Shown: positions 20,622 to 30,789 of the stretch, one piece after another
Position numbering within the stretch: the stretch's first letter is position 1
Layout: each line of letters begins with the position of its first letter
Origin: Salinivirgaceae bacterium
GTDB lineage: Bacteria > Bacteroidota > Bacteroidia > Bacteroidales > SZUA-534
Assembly (NCBI GenBank): GCA_017617355.1
Contig: JAFZWI010000023.1
Coordinates: forward strand, 10,899-74,898
Length of the DNA: 64,000 nt
Reading direction: 5' to 3'
The notes under the pieces: generated by a model
What the model saw: the letters and a program-made list of their open reading frames with translations, nothing else
Databases searched by the model: none
What the model was told of the DNA's origin: nothing
Translations under genes and position numbers: made by a program

Positions 20622-22436
20622 TTGGAAACAGAAGAACAACATATCGCCCGCCTAAAGGAATTGGTTGCCGTACTGCCAGAGAGCCCCGGCGTTTATCAGT
20701 ATTTAGATAAAAACGGGACTATCATCTACGTGGGCAAGGCCAAACGACTGAAAAGGCGCGTATCGTCGTACTTCAACAAATACCAGGAACGGGCGAAAAT
20801 CCGCGTTTTGGTCCGCAACATCAACGACATTAAGCACATTGTGGTTGATACCGAGCAAGACGCACTGTTGCTTGAGAACAACCTGATTAAGAAATATCAG
20901 CCACGCTACAACTCGCTTCTGAAAGACGACAAGACCTATCCCTGGATTTGCATCAAAAACGAGCCGTTTCCGCGCATTTTCTCAACGCGCCATTTTGTCC
21001 GCGACGGCTCAACCTATTTCGGCCCTTATACGTCAGGATTCGCCTTAAAAACGCTGTTAGAACTTATCCGGCAGCTTTATCCTATACGCACCTGCGCACT
21101 CAACTTGAGCCGCGAGGCTGTTGAAAAAGGCAAATACAAAATCTGCCTCGAGCATCATATTGGCAACTGCCTTGGCCCTTGCGAGGGACGGCAGACAGAA
21201 GAGGATTACGCCGAAGCCGTGTCGAATATCAAAGAGATTTTGAAAGGCAACTCAAACGAGGTGATTGAGTTGCTGAAATCTAAAATGAACAATTTAAGTA
21301 AGGGTTATAAATTTGAAGAGGCTCAACAGATTAAAAATAAAATTGACAAGCTGTCGGAGTTCCAAAGCAAATCGACCATTGTCAGCCCGACAATCCATAA
21401 TGTCGATGTCTTTTCGATTATCGATGATGACGATTGCGCCTATATCAATTTTATGAAAGTGGTGAACGGCGCCATTGTGCAGGTACACACTTTCGAGATG
21501 CAGAAACATATTGAGGAAGACAAGGAATCGACGCTTCTGTCGGTTATTCAGGAGGCTCGGGAGCGTTATCTGAGCACATCGCACGAGATAATTGTGCCTT
21601 TCGACTTGGATTTTGAACTTGACAACATAACATTTACCATTCCGCAACGCGGCGACAAGAAGAAACTGCTTGAATTGAGCCAGCGTAACGCCCTGACTTA
21701 CAAACACGAAAAACTGAAACAACAGCTTAACCGCAACCCCGAAAAACGCACCGAGCGTATTATGGAGACAATGAAAAAAGATTTGCGGTTGAAAGAGTGT
21801 CCGGTACTGATTGAGGGCTTTGACAACTCTAACATTCAGGGAACCAATCCGGTAGCATCGTGCGTGGTGTTCCGCAACGGCAAACCCAGCAAGCGCGACT
21901 ATCGCCATTTCAACATTAAAACCGTGGTGGGTGCCAACGACTTCGCTTCAATGGAGGAAATCATTTACCGTCGTTACAGCCGTCAGCTTGAGGAGGGCAA
22001 CGAGTTGCCACAACTTATTTTGATTGACGGCGGCAAAGGCCAGTTGGGCGCGGCAGTCAACAGCCTGAGCCGGCTCGGCCTAATGGGAAAGATTTCGGTT
22101 ATCGGCATTGCCAAGCGGCTCGAGGAACTCTACTACCCCGGCGACCCTGTGCCACTCTATCTTGACAAGAACAGTGAGACGCTGAAAGTGCTTCAAAACG
22201 TGCGAAACGAGTCACACCGTTTCGGCATAACCTTCCACCGCGACAAACGTTCAAAGGCTTTCCTTGTGTCGGAACTCGATTCGATAAAAGGCATAGGTGA
22301 CAAGACAAAAGAGGCGTTGTTTAACGAGTTGAAGACCGTTGAGGCGATGCGAGAGGCTCCGTTTGAAGTTCTCGAAAAAATAGTCGGACACGCAAAGGCC
22401 GTGTTGGTTTTCAACCATTTTCACCCCAAAGCTTAG
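20622..22436 (+). CDS. uvrC: Excinuclease ABC subunit C
   Basis: PESPGVYQY, IYVGKAK, LLENNLIKKYQPRYN, FDNSNIQG, LILIDGGKGQL, HhH IKGIG; TTG start. Confidence 0.97.
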   Translation: METEEQHIARLKELVAVLPESPGVYQYLDKNGTIIYVGKAKRLKRRVSSYFNKYQERAKIRVLVRNINDIKHIVVDTEQDALLLENNLIKKYQPRYNSLLKDDKTYPWICIKNEPFPRIFSTRHFVRDGSTYFGPYTSGFALKTLLELIRQLYPIRTCALNLSREAVEKGKYKICLEHHIGNCLGPCEGRQTEEDYAEAVSNIKEILKGNSNEVIELLKSKMNNLSKGYKFEEAQQIKNKIDKLSEFQSKSTIVSPTIHNVDVFSIIDDDDCAYINFMKVVNGAIVQVHTFEMQKHIEEDKESTLLSVIQEARERYLSTSHEIIVPFDLDFELDNITFTIPQRGDKKKLLELSQRNALTYKHEKLKQQLNRNPEKRTERIMETMKKDLRLKECPVLIEGFDNSNIQGTNPVASCVVFRNGKPSKRDYRHFNIKTVVGANDFASMEEIIYRRYSRQLEEGNELPQLILIDGGKGQLGAAVNSLSRLGLMGKISVIGIAKRLEELYYPGDPVPLYLDKNSETLKVLQNVRNESHRFGITFHRDKRSKAFLVSELDSIKGIGDKTKEALFNELKTVEAMREAPFEVLEKIVGHAKAVLVFNHFHPKA

Positions 22437-22553
22437 AGCTTTTCCAACAACCGAAGGAATGTCCTTCAGCTTTATTTTGAACTTTTTCCGTTGTTCGTAT
22501 TATTACAATTTCTAATTTTGGTTGATTTTTTCAGAAGAACTAATATTTAAGTT

Positions 22554-23576
22554 ATGGAAAACATTGATTGGGCCAACATAGGATTTGGCTACAGAAAGAC
22601 CGACTACAATGTTCGTTGCTACTATCGCGACGGCAAATGGGGCGAAATTGAAGTTTGCTCCGAAGAAACAATCCCGATGCACATGGCTGCCACCTGCCTA
22701 CACTACGGACAGGAAGCCTTTGAAGGCTTGAAGGCATACCGTTGCCCTGATGGCAAAGTGCGAGTCTTCCGTTCTGACGAGAACGCAGCCCGTCTGCAAT
22801 CGACCTGCCGCGGCATTTTGATGCCCGAAATTTCAACAGAAAAATTCAATGAGATGATTGATATGGTGGTCCGCCTCAACGAGCGTTTCATTCCGCCTTA
22901 CGAGACTGGCGCCACTCTCTATCTGCGTCCGCTGCTTGTCGGCACAAGCGCACAAGTGGGTGTTCATCCGGCATCGGAATATCTGTTCTTGATTTTTGCA
23001 ACGCCGGTAGGTCCGTACTTCAAGGGCGGATTTGCTTGCAATCCATACGTGATTATCCGCGAGTTCGACCGTTCGGCTCCGCTCGGCACTGGTATCTACA
23101 AGGTTGGTGGTAACTACGCCGCCAGCTTGCGTGCCAACAAAATGGCTCACGACCTGGGCTATGCCTGCGAGTTCTATCTCGATGCAAAAGAGAAAAAATA
23201 TATGGATGAGTGCGGTGCCGCTAACTTCTTCGGTATCAAGAACAACACTTACGTGACACCGAAATCAAGTTCGATTCTGCCGTCAATCACCAACAAGAGC
23301 CTTATGCAGCTTGCTGAGGACCTTGGAATGACGGTTGAGCGCCGCCAGATTCCTGAAGAGGAATTGGCAACATTCGAAGAGGCAGGAGCTTGCGGAACAG
23401 CAGCCGTTATCTCGCCAATCTCGAAGATTGACGACCTTGAGCAGAAAAAGACTTTCGTCTTCTCGAAGGACGGCAAACCCGGTCCGGTTTCGACGAAGCT
23501 CTACAACTTGCTGCGCGGTATCCAATACGGTACCGAGCCTGACAAGCACAACTGGACTCGTGTGGTTATTGGATAA
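22554..23576 (+). CDS. ilvE: Branched-chain amino acid aminotransferase
   Basis: LHYGQEAFEGLKA, LYLRP, KVGGNYAAS, ILPSIT, CGTAAVISPI. Confidence 0.95.
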   Translation: MENIDWANIGFGYRKTDYNVRCYYRDGKWGEIEVCSEETIPMHMAATCLHYGQEAFEGLKAYRCPDGKVRVFRSDENAARLQSTCRGILMPEISTEKFNEMIDMVVRLNERFIPPYETGATLYLRPLLVGTSAQVGVHPASEYLFLIFATPVGPYFKGGFACNPYVIIREFDRSAPLGTGIYKVGGNYAASLRANKMAHDLGYACEFYLDAKEKKYMDECGAANFFGIKNNTYVTPKSSSILPSITNKSLMQLAEDLGMTVERRQIPEEELATFEEAGACGTAAVISPISKIDDLEQKKTFVFSKDGKPGPVSTKLYNLLRGIQYGTEPDKHNWTRVVIG

Positions 23577-23619
23577 AATGTTGAATTATAACGAATAAAC
23601 TTTTATAAGTATGATGATT

Positions 23620-23656
23620 AAAAACGCTTTGGAATGATTATTCTGGGGCGTTTTTT
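23620..23656 (+). terminator. Rho-independent terminator
   Basis: aaaaacgctttggaat-gatt-attctggggcgtttttt. Confidence 0.75.
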
Positions 23657-23841
23657 GTAAAATATTATATAGAGCCAACGTGCTTGTTCTCAGTTAGATA
23701 AAATCTGGTAAATTTTCGCTGCGAGAATATAGTACGAGAAGTTCACGTCTCCGGGCGTGAATTGTTTCGTCTTATTTGCAGCAAACGGTTTACCAGAGCC
23801 TTTCTAATTGAATAAGATTGATTCAATTCAGGCCTTTATTT

Positions 23842-24078
23842 ATGCCGCACATAGGAAGTTTGATAAAACAGGAGTTAGAGCGTCAGGAACGCCCAGCAAA
23901 GTGGCTTGCCAAAAGGCTTTGTTGCGACCGAACCAACATTTATAAGATTTTTCTGAAAGAAAGCATTGATGTTCAAATGCTTGTGCGGATATCGATTGCC
24001 TTGAAACACAATTTCCTAAAAGAATACGCTGATTTAACCGAAAAAGAAATCAGTGAATTATTAGCGACAAAAGAGTGA
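23842..24078 (+). CDS. XRE-family helix-turn-helix regulator
   Basis: HIGSLIKQELERQER..WLAKRLCCDRTNIYKIF..SID..L.RIS..LKHNF, typical small Bacteroidales XRE protein. Confidence 0.85.
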   Translation: MPHIGSLIKQELERQERPAKWLAKRLCCDRTNIYKIFLKESIDVQMLVRISIALKHNFLKEYADLTEKEISELLATKE

Positions 24079-24177
24079 CAAACATTCACGGCTTTTGGTT
24101 GTAATTCGGGCAGTTATGCGCCATTTTGTGAGTTGATTTTAAAACTTACAATTATGTTCGGATTCAAAAACACTAAA

Positions 24178-24621
24178 ATGTTTAAAAGTATCTGTTTGAT
24201 ACTTGCTTGTTCTATTTTGTTCTCGTCTTGTCACACTATAAGATATGTGTCATTACAAGATGAATATAATAACCAACTAAAAGATAAAAACTACGCTGAA
24301 ATAGTAGAAATGCTTGGTCCTCCTGACAGAACTGCTCCTGACGGGAAGGGGGGAGAAATATTGATATATGAAATAAAAAGTCAACAAGGGTATTCTGCAA
24401 AAGGAAAATATACCAACACTATCAATCTCACAGAGACAAAAAAACAAACTAACATATTCCTTAATGAGGATAAGATTTGCTATAATGTTAAATCTGATGA
24501 TGTCAGACCCGAAAAAGTATTCAGTGTTGGCAGAACAATCGGGTTGGTTGTCCCTGTGACAATAGGTGGAATTCTGATATTATTGTCAGCAGCTGCAGAA
24601 GAGTCAACTTCGAATTATTAA
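24178..24621 (+). CDS. Hypothetical lipoprotein with C-terminal TM helix
   Basis: Lipobox LFSSC; LGPPDR..DG.GGEILIYE (BamE/SmpA-like turn); alternative starts at 24154/24133. Confidence 0.65.
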   Translation: MFKSICLILACSILFSSCHTIRYVSLQDEYNNQLKDKNYAEIVEMLGPPDRTAPDGKGGEILIYEIKSQQGYSAKGKYTNTINLTETKKQTNIFLNEDKICYNVKSDDVRPEKVFSVGRTIGLVVPVTIGGILILLSAAAEESTSNY

Positions 24622-24641
24622 TAGATTATTTGGCAATAAAC

Positions 24642-24673
24642 AAAAGCCCCGCATTCTCATTCGGGGCTTTTTT
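24642..24673. terminator. Bidirectional terminator
   Basis: aaaagccccg-cattctcatt-cggggctttttt between convergent genes. Confidence 0.85.
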
Positions 24674-24700
24674 ATGCGTTGTAAATATCGATTTATAGCT

Positions 24701-26365
24701 TTACCACAATGCCAGTATCAGCGTCTGCGCCAGCACAATACGCAGGAACATGGCCAAAGGATAAACCGTTGAATAAGCCACCGACGGGCGGTCGTTTTCT
24801 GCTATCATATTCGAATAGTAAAGTGCGGGCGGATTGGTATTGGTTCCCGAAATCATTCCCACAATTGTGAAGTAGTTCAAATGGAAAACTTTTCGGGCTA
24901 TGCAACCGATAATCAGCACCGGAATCATTGTTATGAGCAATCCGTAGCCTACCCAAAGCAGACCGTCACCGTTAATAAGCGTGTCAAAGAAATGCTCGCC
25001 TGCCTCAAGCCCGACACAAGCAAGGAACAACGATATGCCTATCTCTCGGAGCATCAGATTGGCGCTTTGTGTTGTGTAGCACGTCAAGCCTATCTTATGT
25101 CCAAACGCACCCATTAAAAGTGACACGATAAGCGGACCGCCAGCCAACCCCAGCTTCGCCGGCTGCGGCATTCCTGGAAAAGCGATTGGGATATATCCGA
25201 CAATTATTCCCAAGAAAATTCCGGCAAAAATGGTGGAAAGATGCGGCTCGTTGAGGTGCTTAACCGAGTTGCCAAGGAATTTTTCGACAAGGCTGAGATT
25301 CTCCTCGCTGCCGACAATTTTAACCTTGTCGCCTATATGCAGAACCAAATCGGCAGTGGCCACAAGCTCAACACCCGAACGGAACACGCGCGTCACATTA
25401 ACATTGAACGACTTGCGCAGCTCAAGGTTTTGAAGGCTTTTTCCTTCGAGCCGTTTGTTGGTTATCAATATTTTACGCTGTTTCAGTTCTTCGGTCTGCG
25501 CGTTTAGCAAATCGTTTTGGATTTTCTCGCCGAACAGCTTGTCAAGCTCCGCCTCGCGTTGTTTGGGGGCTATAACGCGCACCAAATCGCCTTTCTCAAG
25601 AACAGTGTCGCCGGTTGGCACAAACACATTGCCCAAATGGCTGATTCGCGCAAAAATCACCTCTTTGTTGAACAGACGCGATATCTCTTTCACCTGTTTT
25701 CCGATGATTTCCTCATTCGAAATGCTGTAACTGCAACGGGCTGGCTCCTCGTTGCTTTTTCCAGCAACCGACTTCCGCTCATCGTCGTAATTGATTCTGA
25801 ATATGCATTTTATAAGAACAATGCTCAAAATAACGCCTATCACACCCATAGGATAAGCAACGGCGTAACCAAGCGATATTGAAGGCATGTCGCCTGTCGG
25901 ATTCATCTGGTTGATAGCCTGTTGCGCGGCACCCAGGCCAGGAGTGTTGGTTACTGCGCCCTGCATCACTCCTATCAGCATTGTGAAATCGATATTACCT
26001 AAAAAGTAGAAAATCAGCAATGTAACAATTATGTTCAGAGTGATGCTGCCGACTGCCAAACCGTTAAGCAGCAATCCAGACTGTTTGAACGATGAGAAAA
26101 AGTTTGGACCAACCTGCAGACCGATGCTGAAGACAAACAGTATCAAGCCGAAATCTTTCATAAAATGCGAAATCGACGGATTGAGGGTGAATCCGAAATG
26201 CGATACAATTATTCCGACAAAAAGCACGAATGTCGAGCCAAGCGATATTCCTTTGAATTTCAGTTTTCCAAGTATTGAGCCGACGGCCACTACAAAAGCG
26301 AAAATCATTACTGTGCGCCCAACCGATTCGTTAAAAAGCAGCGATTCAAACCAATTCATATTCAT
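24701..26365 (-). CDS. YidE/YbjL (AspT-like) antiporter with TrkA-C domains
   Basis: FGLILFVFSIGLQVGP, GAVTNTPGLGAAQ, LGLAGGPLIV, GTNTNPPAL, YSTVYPL. Confidence 0.9.
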   Translation of the reverse strand: MNMNWFESLLFNESVGRTVMIFAFVVAVGSILGKLKFKGISLGSTFVLFVGIIVSHFGFTLNPSISHFMKDFGLILFVFSIGLQVGPNFFSSFKQSGLLLNGLAVGSITLNIIVTLLIFYFLGNIDFTMLIGVMQGAVTNTPGLGAAQQAINQMNPTGDMPSISLGYAVAYPMGVIGVILSIVLIKCIFRINYDDERKSVAGKSNEEPARCSYSISNEEIIGKQVKEISRLFNKEVIFARISHLGNVFVPTGDTVLEKGDLVRVIAPKQREAELDKLFGEKIQNDLLNAQTEELKQRKILITNKRLEGKSLQNLELRKSFNVNVTRVFRSGVELVATADLVLHIGDKVKIVGSEENLSLVEKFLGNSVKHLNEPHLSTIFAGIFLGIIVGYIPIAFPGMPQPAKLGLAGGPLIVSLLMGAFGHKIGLTCYTTQSANLMLREIGISLFLACVGLEAGEHFFDTLINGDGLLWVGYGLLITMIPVLIIGCIARKVFHLNYFTIVGMISGTNTNPPALYYSNMIAENDRPSVAYSTVYPLAMFLRIVLAQTLILALW

Positions 26366-26380
26366 TCATTTTTTTCGGCC

Positions 26381-26455
26381 GCAAAATTATTCAATATCTT
26401 ACATTTGTGAAATTGAATGATTCTATAAGAACGATTAATAAAAACGATTGATATT
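26381..26455. promoter_or_regulatory. Divergent promoter region, LysR/transporter
   Basis: TAATTTTG on the - strand (~26382-26389) and TACATTTG on the + strand (26400-26407); classic LysR divergent layout. Confidence 0.5.
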
Positions 26456-27346
26456 ATGGAACTGCGACAACTTAAATATTTCGTGAAAACCGCTGAGACT
26501 CTGAATTTTACCGAAGCGGCCAAACTTTTGTTCATTACCCAGAGCACACTGTCGCAACAGATAAAACAGCTTGAAAATGAGTTGCAAACCTTACTGTTCG
26601 ACCGCATCGGAAAAAAAATTTACCTGACCGAAGCCGGTACTGAGTTTCTGCCTTTCGCCAAAAAAACTATCGCCGACAGCGAGTTCGGCATCCAACGTCT
26701 GCGCGACTTGCAGAACATTCAAACCGGAGAGCTTCGCATAGGCGTTATTTTCACACTTAGTGATTTGATAACCAGCACTATAATCTCTTTCTCAAAAAAA
26801 TATCCGAACATCAAACTTGTTGTCATAAACAAACCAGTAAGCGAATTACTCGATTTGCTGAAAGAGAGGGAGTTAGACCTGATTTTGTCATACAAACCAG
26901 ACAACGAAGATAATCAGATTGAATATTACAGCCTGTTCGATTCAAATCTTTCCGTCATAGTCAATTATCGGCATCCACTTGTTGCACAACGCGAAGTTTC
27001 GCCGTCGCTTTTGAAACAGTTTCCGCTTGTGCTGCCGTCGGTTGGTTCACAAGCGCGCCTGATGATTGACCAGATTTTGAACAACCACCATGTAAGGCTC
27101 ACGCCGCAAATTGAAATATCGAGCATGACTATAATGCTGAAACTGGTTGAAACCGGCCATTGGATTGCTGTTATGTCGGAAACGCTTATCCGCGGTCATG
27201 AAACTCTGCGGGCCATACCGATAGCAGGAAAACAACATCAGATGCACCCGGCCGTAATTGTGCTGAAAGAAAGCTATCAAAAGCTTTCGGCCAAAGAATT
27301 TATCAGGATTTTGTTCGAAAATCTCAATCCGAAAACCGAAAAATGA
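26456..27346 (+). CDS. LysR family transcriptional regulator
   Basis: MELRQLKYF..LNFTEAA..LFITQSTLSQQIKQLENEL...LFDRIGK. Confidence 0.95.
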   Translation: MELRQLKYFVKTAETLNFTEAAKLLFITQSTLSQQIKQLENELQTLLFDRIGKKIYLTEAGTEFLPFAKKTIADSEFGIQRLRDLQNIQTGELRIGVIFTLSDLITSTIISFSKKYPNIKLVVINKPVSELLDLLKERELDLILSYKPDNEDNQIEYYSLFDSNLSVIVNYRHPLVAQREVSPSLLKQFPLVLPSVGSQARLMIDQILNNHHVRLTPQIEISSMTIMLKLVETGHWIAVMSETLIRGHETLRAIPIAGKQHQMHPAVIVLKESYQKLSAKEFIRILFENLNPKTEK

Positions 27347-27364
27347 TGTTTATCACGCGGCAAG

Positions 27365-27970
27365 CTACTCGCAAACGTACTTTTCGATAATTGCTTTAAG
27401 CTCGCTAAGATTGCGTGCCACAGGGAACTGCGGATAGTCTTTAACCACATTGTCAGGCGGACAATACAAAATGCCGACATCGGCCGACTCTACCATTGGA
27501 ATGTCGTTGTATGAGTCGCCAAACGCCAAAACCTTGTATTTCAAACTTTGGAAAGCTTCAACTGTTCTGCGTTTGGGGTCAGCCTGGCGCAGTTTGTAAT
27601 CGACAACCCGGCCTGTCGGGTCTATCTCAAGCGAATGGCAGAGCAAAAACGGATTTTCCAATTGCTCCATTAGCGGCTTTGCAAACTCAACAAAAGTGTC
27701 GGAAACTATGGCAAACCGTGTGACGCTACGGAGCCAGCGTGTAAACTCAAGAGCTCCTTCGAGCGGCTTCATTGTCGATATAACTTCCTGTATATCTTGT
27801 ATTTTAAGGTTGTGTTCGTCAAGGATTTTCAACCTGTAACGCATCAGCTCATCGTAATCTTTAATGTCGCGCGTTGTAAGTTTTAACGCATCAATACCTG
27901 TTTTCTTGGCAAAATTAATCCACACCTCAGGCACAAACACACCTTCTAAATCAGCACATACAATCCACAT
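27365..27970 (-). CDS. thrH: Phosphoserine phosphatase/homoserine phosphotransferase
   Basis: DLEGVFVPEVW, LTTRDIKDYDELM, IVSDTF, GDSYND. Confidence 0.92.
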   Translation of the reverse strand: MWIVCADLEGVFVPEVWINFAKKTGIDALKLTTRDIKDYDELMRYRLKILDEHNLKIQDIQEVISTMKPLEGALEFTRWLRSVTRFAIVSDTFVEFAKPLMEQLENPFLLCHSLEIDPTGRVVDYKLRQADPKRRTVEAFQSLKYKVLAFGDSYNDIPMVESADVGILYCPPDNVVKDYPQFPVARNLSELKAIIEKYVCE

Positions 27971-28102
27971 AGTTTTCCTTTTATGTTTGACACCACAAAA
28001 TTACCTTTTGTTTTATATGTTCAAAATAGTAATTGTTTTTATAATATAAAATAGATATATCTTATTGATTTATAGTGTTTTATATTATATTACATATATA
28101 AA

Positions 28103-28118
28103 TGTTTCACGTGGAACT
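28103..28118. promoter_or_regulatory. parS centromere-like site
   Basis: TGTTTCACGTGGAACT versus consensus TGTTTCACGTGAAACA; overlaps the mnmG stop codon. Confidence 0.85.
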
Positions 28119-29979
28119 ATCGCCCAAAATAGACCAATAACACGTTTATGTCGTTGGGGCTGACGCCGGAAATTCGGGATGCCTGGCCAATGGTTGTGGG
28201 CGCATATTTGGTCAGCTTTGTCCGCGCCTCTATGGTTATCGACTGCAATTTTGAATAGTCAAAGTTATCGGGGATTTTCAAGTTCTCCAGCTTGCGTAGC
28301 TTTTCGGCATTGTTTTTCTCACGTTCCACGTATCCAGAATATTTGATATCAAACTCCGCTCCTTCTATCACTTCGCGCGTTGTGTTCTTGTATTCCGACA
28401 GGGCGTCTATCGACTCAATCATATTGTTCAATGTGACGTTTGGCCGTGACAGTATCTGTGAGCACTTCTGGCCTTCAACCACTGGTGACTCATCGTTTGA
28501 CGATAGAAACTTATTTGCTTCTTCTAACCTAACTTTAGTTGTTTTTAGGAAGCCAACCAGGTCGGATATTTGCTTTTCTTTTTCTTTGTATTGATTCAAT
28601 TGTTCTTCTTTGGCCAACCCTATGTTGTAAGACTTTTCGGTCAAACGCGCATCAGCATTGTCTTGGCGCAACAACATCCGATATTCAGCACGACTGGTGA
28701 ACATCCGGTAAGGTTCGTCAACACCTTTATAAATAAGGTCATCAATCAACACGCCAATGTAGGCTTCGTCTCGATTCAAAACAAATGGTTCTTTCTCATT
28801 GCAGAAAAGATGCGCATTGATACCAGCCACTATTCCTTGTGCAGCAGCTTCCTCGTATCCTGTCGTTCCATTAATCTGACCGGCAAAATAGAGTCCTGAA
28901 ATAAGTTTTGTCTCCAAGGTTGGCTTTAATTGAGTTGGTGGAAAATAGTCATACTCAATAGCATATCCCGGACGATAAATTTTAGCATTCTCGAGTCCAG
29001 GTATCTTGTGAATAGCCTTATACTGCACTTGCCAAGGCAGCGATGATGAGAAGCCGTTTATATAATATTCGTTGGTTGAAAAGCCCTCTGGTTCCAAGAA
29101 CAACTGATGAGAATCCTTATCACTGAATGTAACAAGCTTGCTTTCGATGCTCGGACAATAACGCGGTCCTATACCAATAATCGTGTGATTGAATATTGGT
29201 GAATCAACAAAACCCTTGCGTAATTCTTCGTGCACAGCTTCATTGGTTCTTGTGATATAGCAAGGTATTTGTCGGTCGTGATACGATTTTTTTGTTGAGT
29301 AGCTAAAAAAATACGGGTCGTCATCACCATTTTGAATGGTACATTTGCTGAAATCGATAGTTTTTCCGTTGATTCTGGCAGGAGTTCCTGTCTTCATTCG
29401 GCCAGATTCAAAACCTAACGAAACAAGATTTTCAGTCAAACCTGAAGACGGTAATTCGGAAAATCTGCCACCAGAAAACTGTACACGACCAACGTGCATC
29501 ATGCCATTAAGGAAAGTACCATTGGTAAGAACAACTGTTTTGGATTTAAACTCAAAACCAAGTTGGGTTTTCACTCCACACACTCGTTTTTTTTCTGTTA
29601 GCAACGACACAACACTATCCTGAAACAAATCAAGATTTTCGATGCTTTCGAGTTGTTTGCGCCATTCTATTGAGAACAGTGTACGGTCGCATTGCGCACG
29701 CGGACTCCACATGGCCGGTCCTTTTGACCGGTTTAACATTCTGTATTGTATAGCCGATTTGTCGGTTATTATACCTGTATATCCACCCAACGCATCAATT
29801 TCCTTAACTATCTGGCCTTTAGCTATACCACCAATAGCCGGATTACACGACATACAAGCAAATTTTGTCATGTCCATTGTAATCAACAAGGTTTTTGAGC
29901 CCATATTTGCGGCAGCAGCGGCGGCTTCACAACCAGCATGACCGCCACCTACAACAATAACATCGTATTCAAATAACAT
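28117..29979 (-). CDS. mnmG: tRNA uridine-5-carboxymethylaminomethyl synthesis enzyme MnmG (GidA)
   Basis: [64 protein letters not shown]. Confidence 0.98.
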   Translation of the reverse strand: MLFEYDVIVVGGGHAGCEAAAAAANMGSKTLLITMDMTKFACMSCNPAIGGIAKGQIVKEIDALGGYTGIITDKSAIQYRMLNRSKGPAMWSPRAQCDRTLFSIEWRKQLESIENLDLFQDSVVSLLTEKKRVCGVKTQLGFEFKSKTVVLTNGTFLNGMMHVGRVQFSGGRFSELPSSGLTENLVSLGFESGRMKTGTPARINGKTIDFSKCTIQNGDDDPYFFSYSTKKSYHDRQIPCYITRTNEAVHEELRKGFVDSPIFNHTIIGIGPRYCPSIESKLVTFSDKDSHQLFLEPEGFSTNEYYINGFSSSLPWQVQYKAIHKIPGLENAKIYRPGYAIEYDYFPPTQLKPTLETKLISGLYFAGQINGTTGYEEAAAQGIVAGINAHLFCNEKEPFVLNRDEAYIGVLIDDLIYKGVDEPYRMFTSRAEYRMLLRQDNADARLTEKSYNIGLAKEEQLNQYKEKEKQISDLVGFLKTTKVRLEEANKFLSSNDESPVVEGQKCSQILSRPNVTLNNMIESIDALSEYKNTTREVIEGAEFDIKYSGYVEREKNNAEKLRKLENLKIPDNFDYSKLQSITIEARTKLTKYAPTTIGQASRISGVSPNDINVLLVYFGR

Positions 29980-29980
29980 C

Positions 29981-30394
29981 TTAAATGAATAAAGGAAGAT
30001 ATTGGTTTTCTTTTTGTCGCATCAGTTTTGCGTCTTCGTCGGTTTTATCTTTATAACCAATAAAGTGCAATACGCCATGCACCATTACACGAGCAAGTTC
30101 TTTTTTAAATTCAACCTCATATTCTTTGGCATTATCTTTTACAGTATCGACACTGATGAAAATGTCGCCCGAAATAACACCGTCTTCAGAATAATCGAAA
30201 GAAATGACATCGGTGTAATAATCGTGATTTAGATATTGCTTGTTAATATTAAGCAAATACTCGTCCGAACAAAAAATGTAATTGACTTCGCCTAATGTTC
30301 TGTTTTCGTTTGCTAAAACAGTTTCAATATTTTTCTCGACATTCAAGTCGTTGACATCAAACTCGTCAGTCTCCTCAAAAAAGAAATTAATCAC
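29981..30394 (-). CDS. ybeY: rRNA maturation RNase YbeY
   Basis: [30 protein letters not shown]. Confidence 0.95.
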   Translation of the reverse strand: MINFFFEETDEFDVNDLNVEKNIETVLANENRTLGEVNYIFCSDEYLLNINKQYLNHDYYTDVISFDYSEDGVISGDIFISVDTVKDNAKEYEVEFKKELARVMVHGVLHFIGYKDKTDEDAKLMRQKENQYLPLFI

Positions 30395-30789
30395 TATATA
30401 TTAAATATTAAGGTTACTTCTGCCCCGTTTTTGTCGAATTTAAGGTCATCGGTCAGATTTCGCATAAGGAAAATGCCGCGGCCGTCGGGCTGTTCAATCA
30501 GTTCTGGTTTAGTAGGGTCTGGTATTTTATCTATGTCGAACCCTGGTCCCTCGTCCGAAACAGTAATTTGAAGAATATGTTTGTCGCGGAAAACCTTTAT
30601 GCGAACTTGTTTTTCCGGGTCCGATTTATTGCCGTGAACAATAGCGTTCGTTACCGCTTCAATAGTCGATATAAGAATGTTACCATACAATTCGGTGGCA
30701 ATCGACTGTTCAATAGCAAGTTCGTCGATGAAATTCTCGACGAAATAAACGTTGTCAATCTTCGACTTTATTATCAATTCGTTATTCAT
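30394..30789 (-). CDS. Anti-sigma-factor-like ATP-binding protein (HATPase_c, RsbW-like)
   Basis: EAVTNAIVHGN, VSDEGPGFD, PDPT, GRGIFLM. Confidence 0.9.
   Translation of the reverse strand: MNNELIIKSKIDNVYFVENFIDELAIEQSIATELYGNILISTIEAVTNAIVHGNKSDPEKQVRIKVFRDKHILQITVSDEGPGFDIDKIPDPTKPELIEQPDGRGIFLMRNLTDDLKFDKNGAEVTLIFNI

Noticed and set aside
28322-28337. Second parS-like sequence (gttccacgt) inside mnmG
   Set aside because: Only a half site matches and the right arm is not palindromic.
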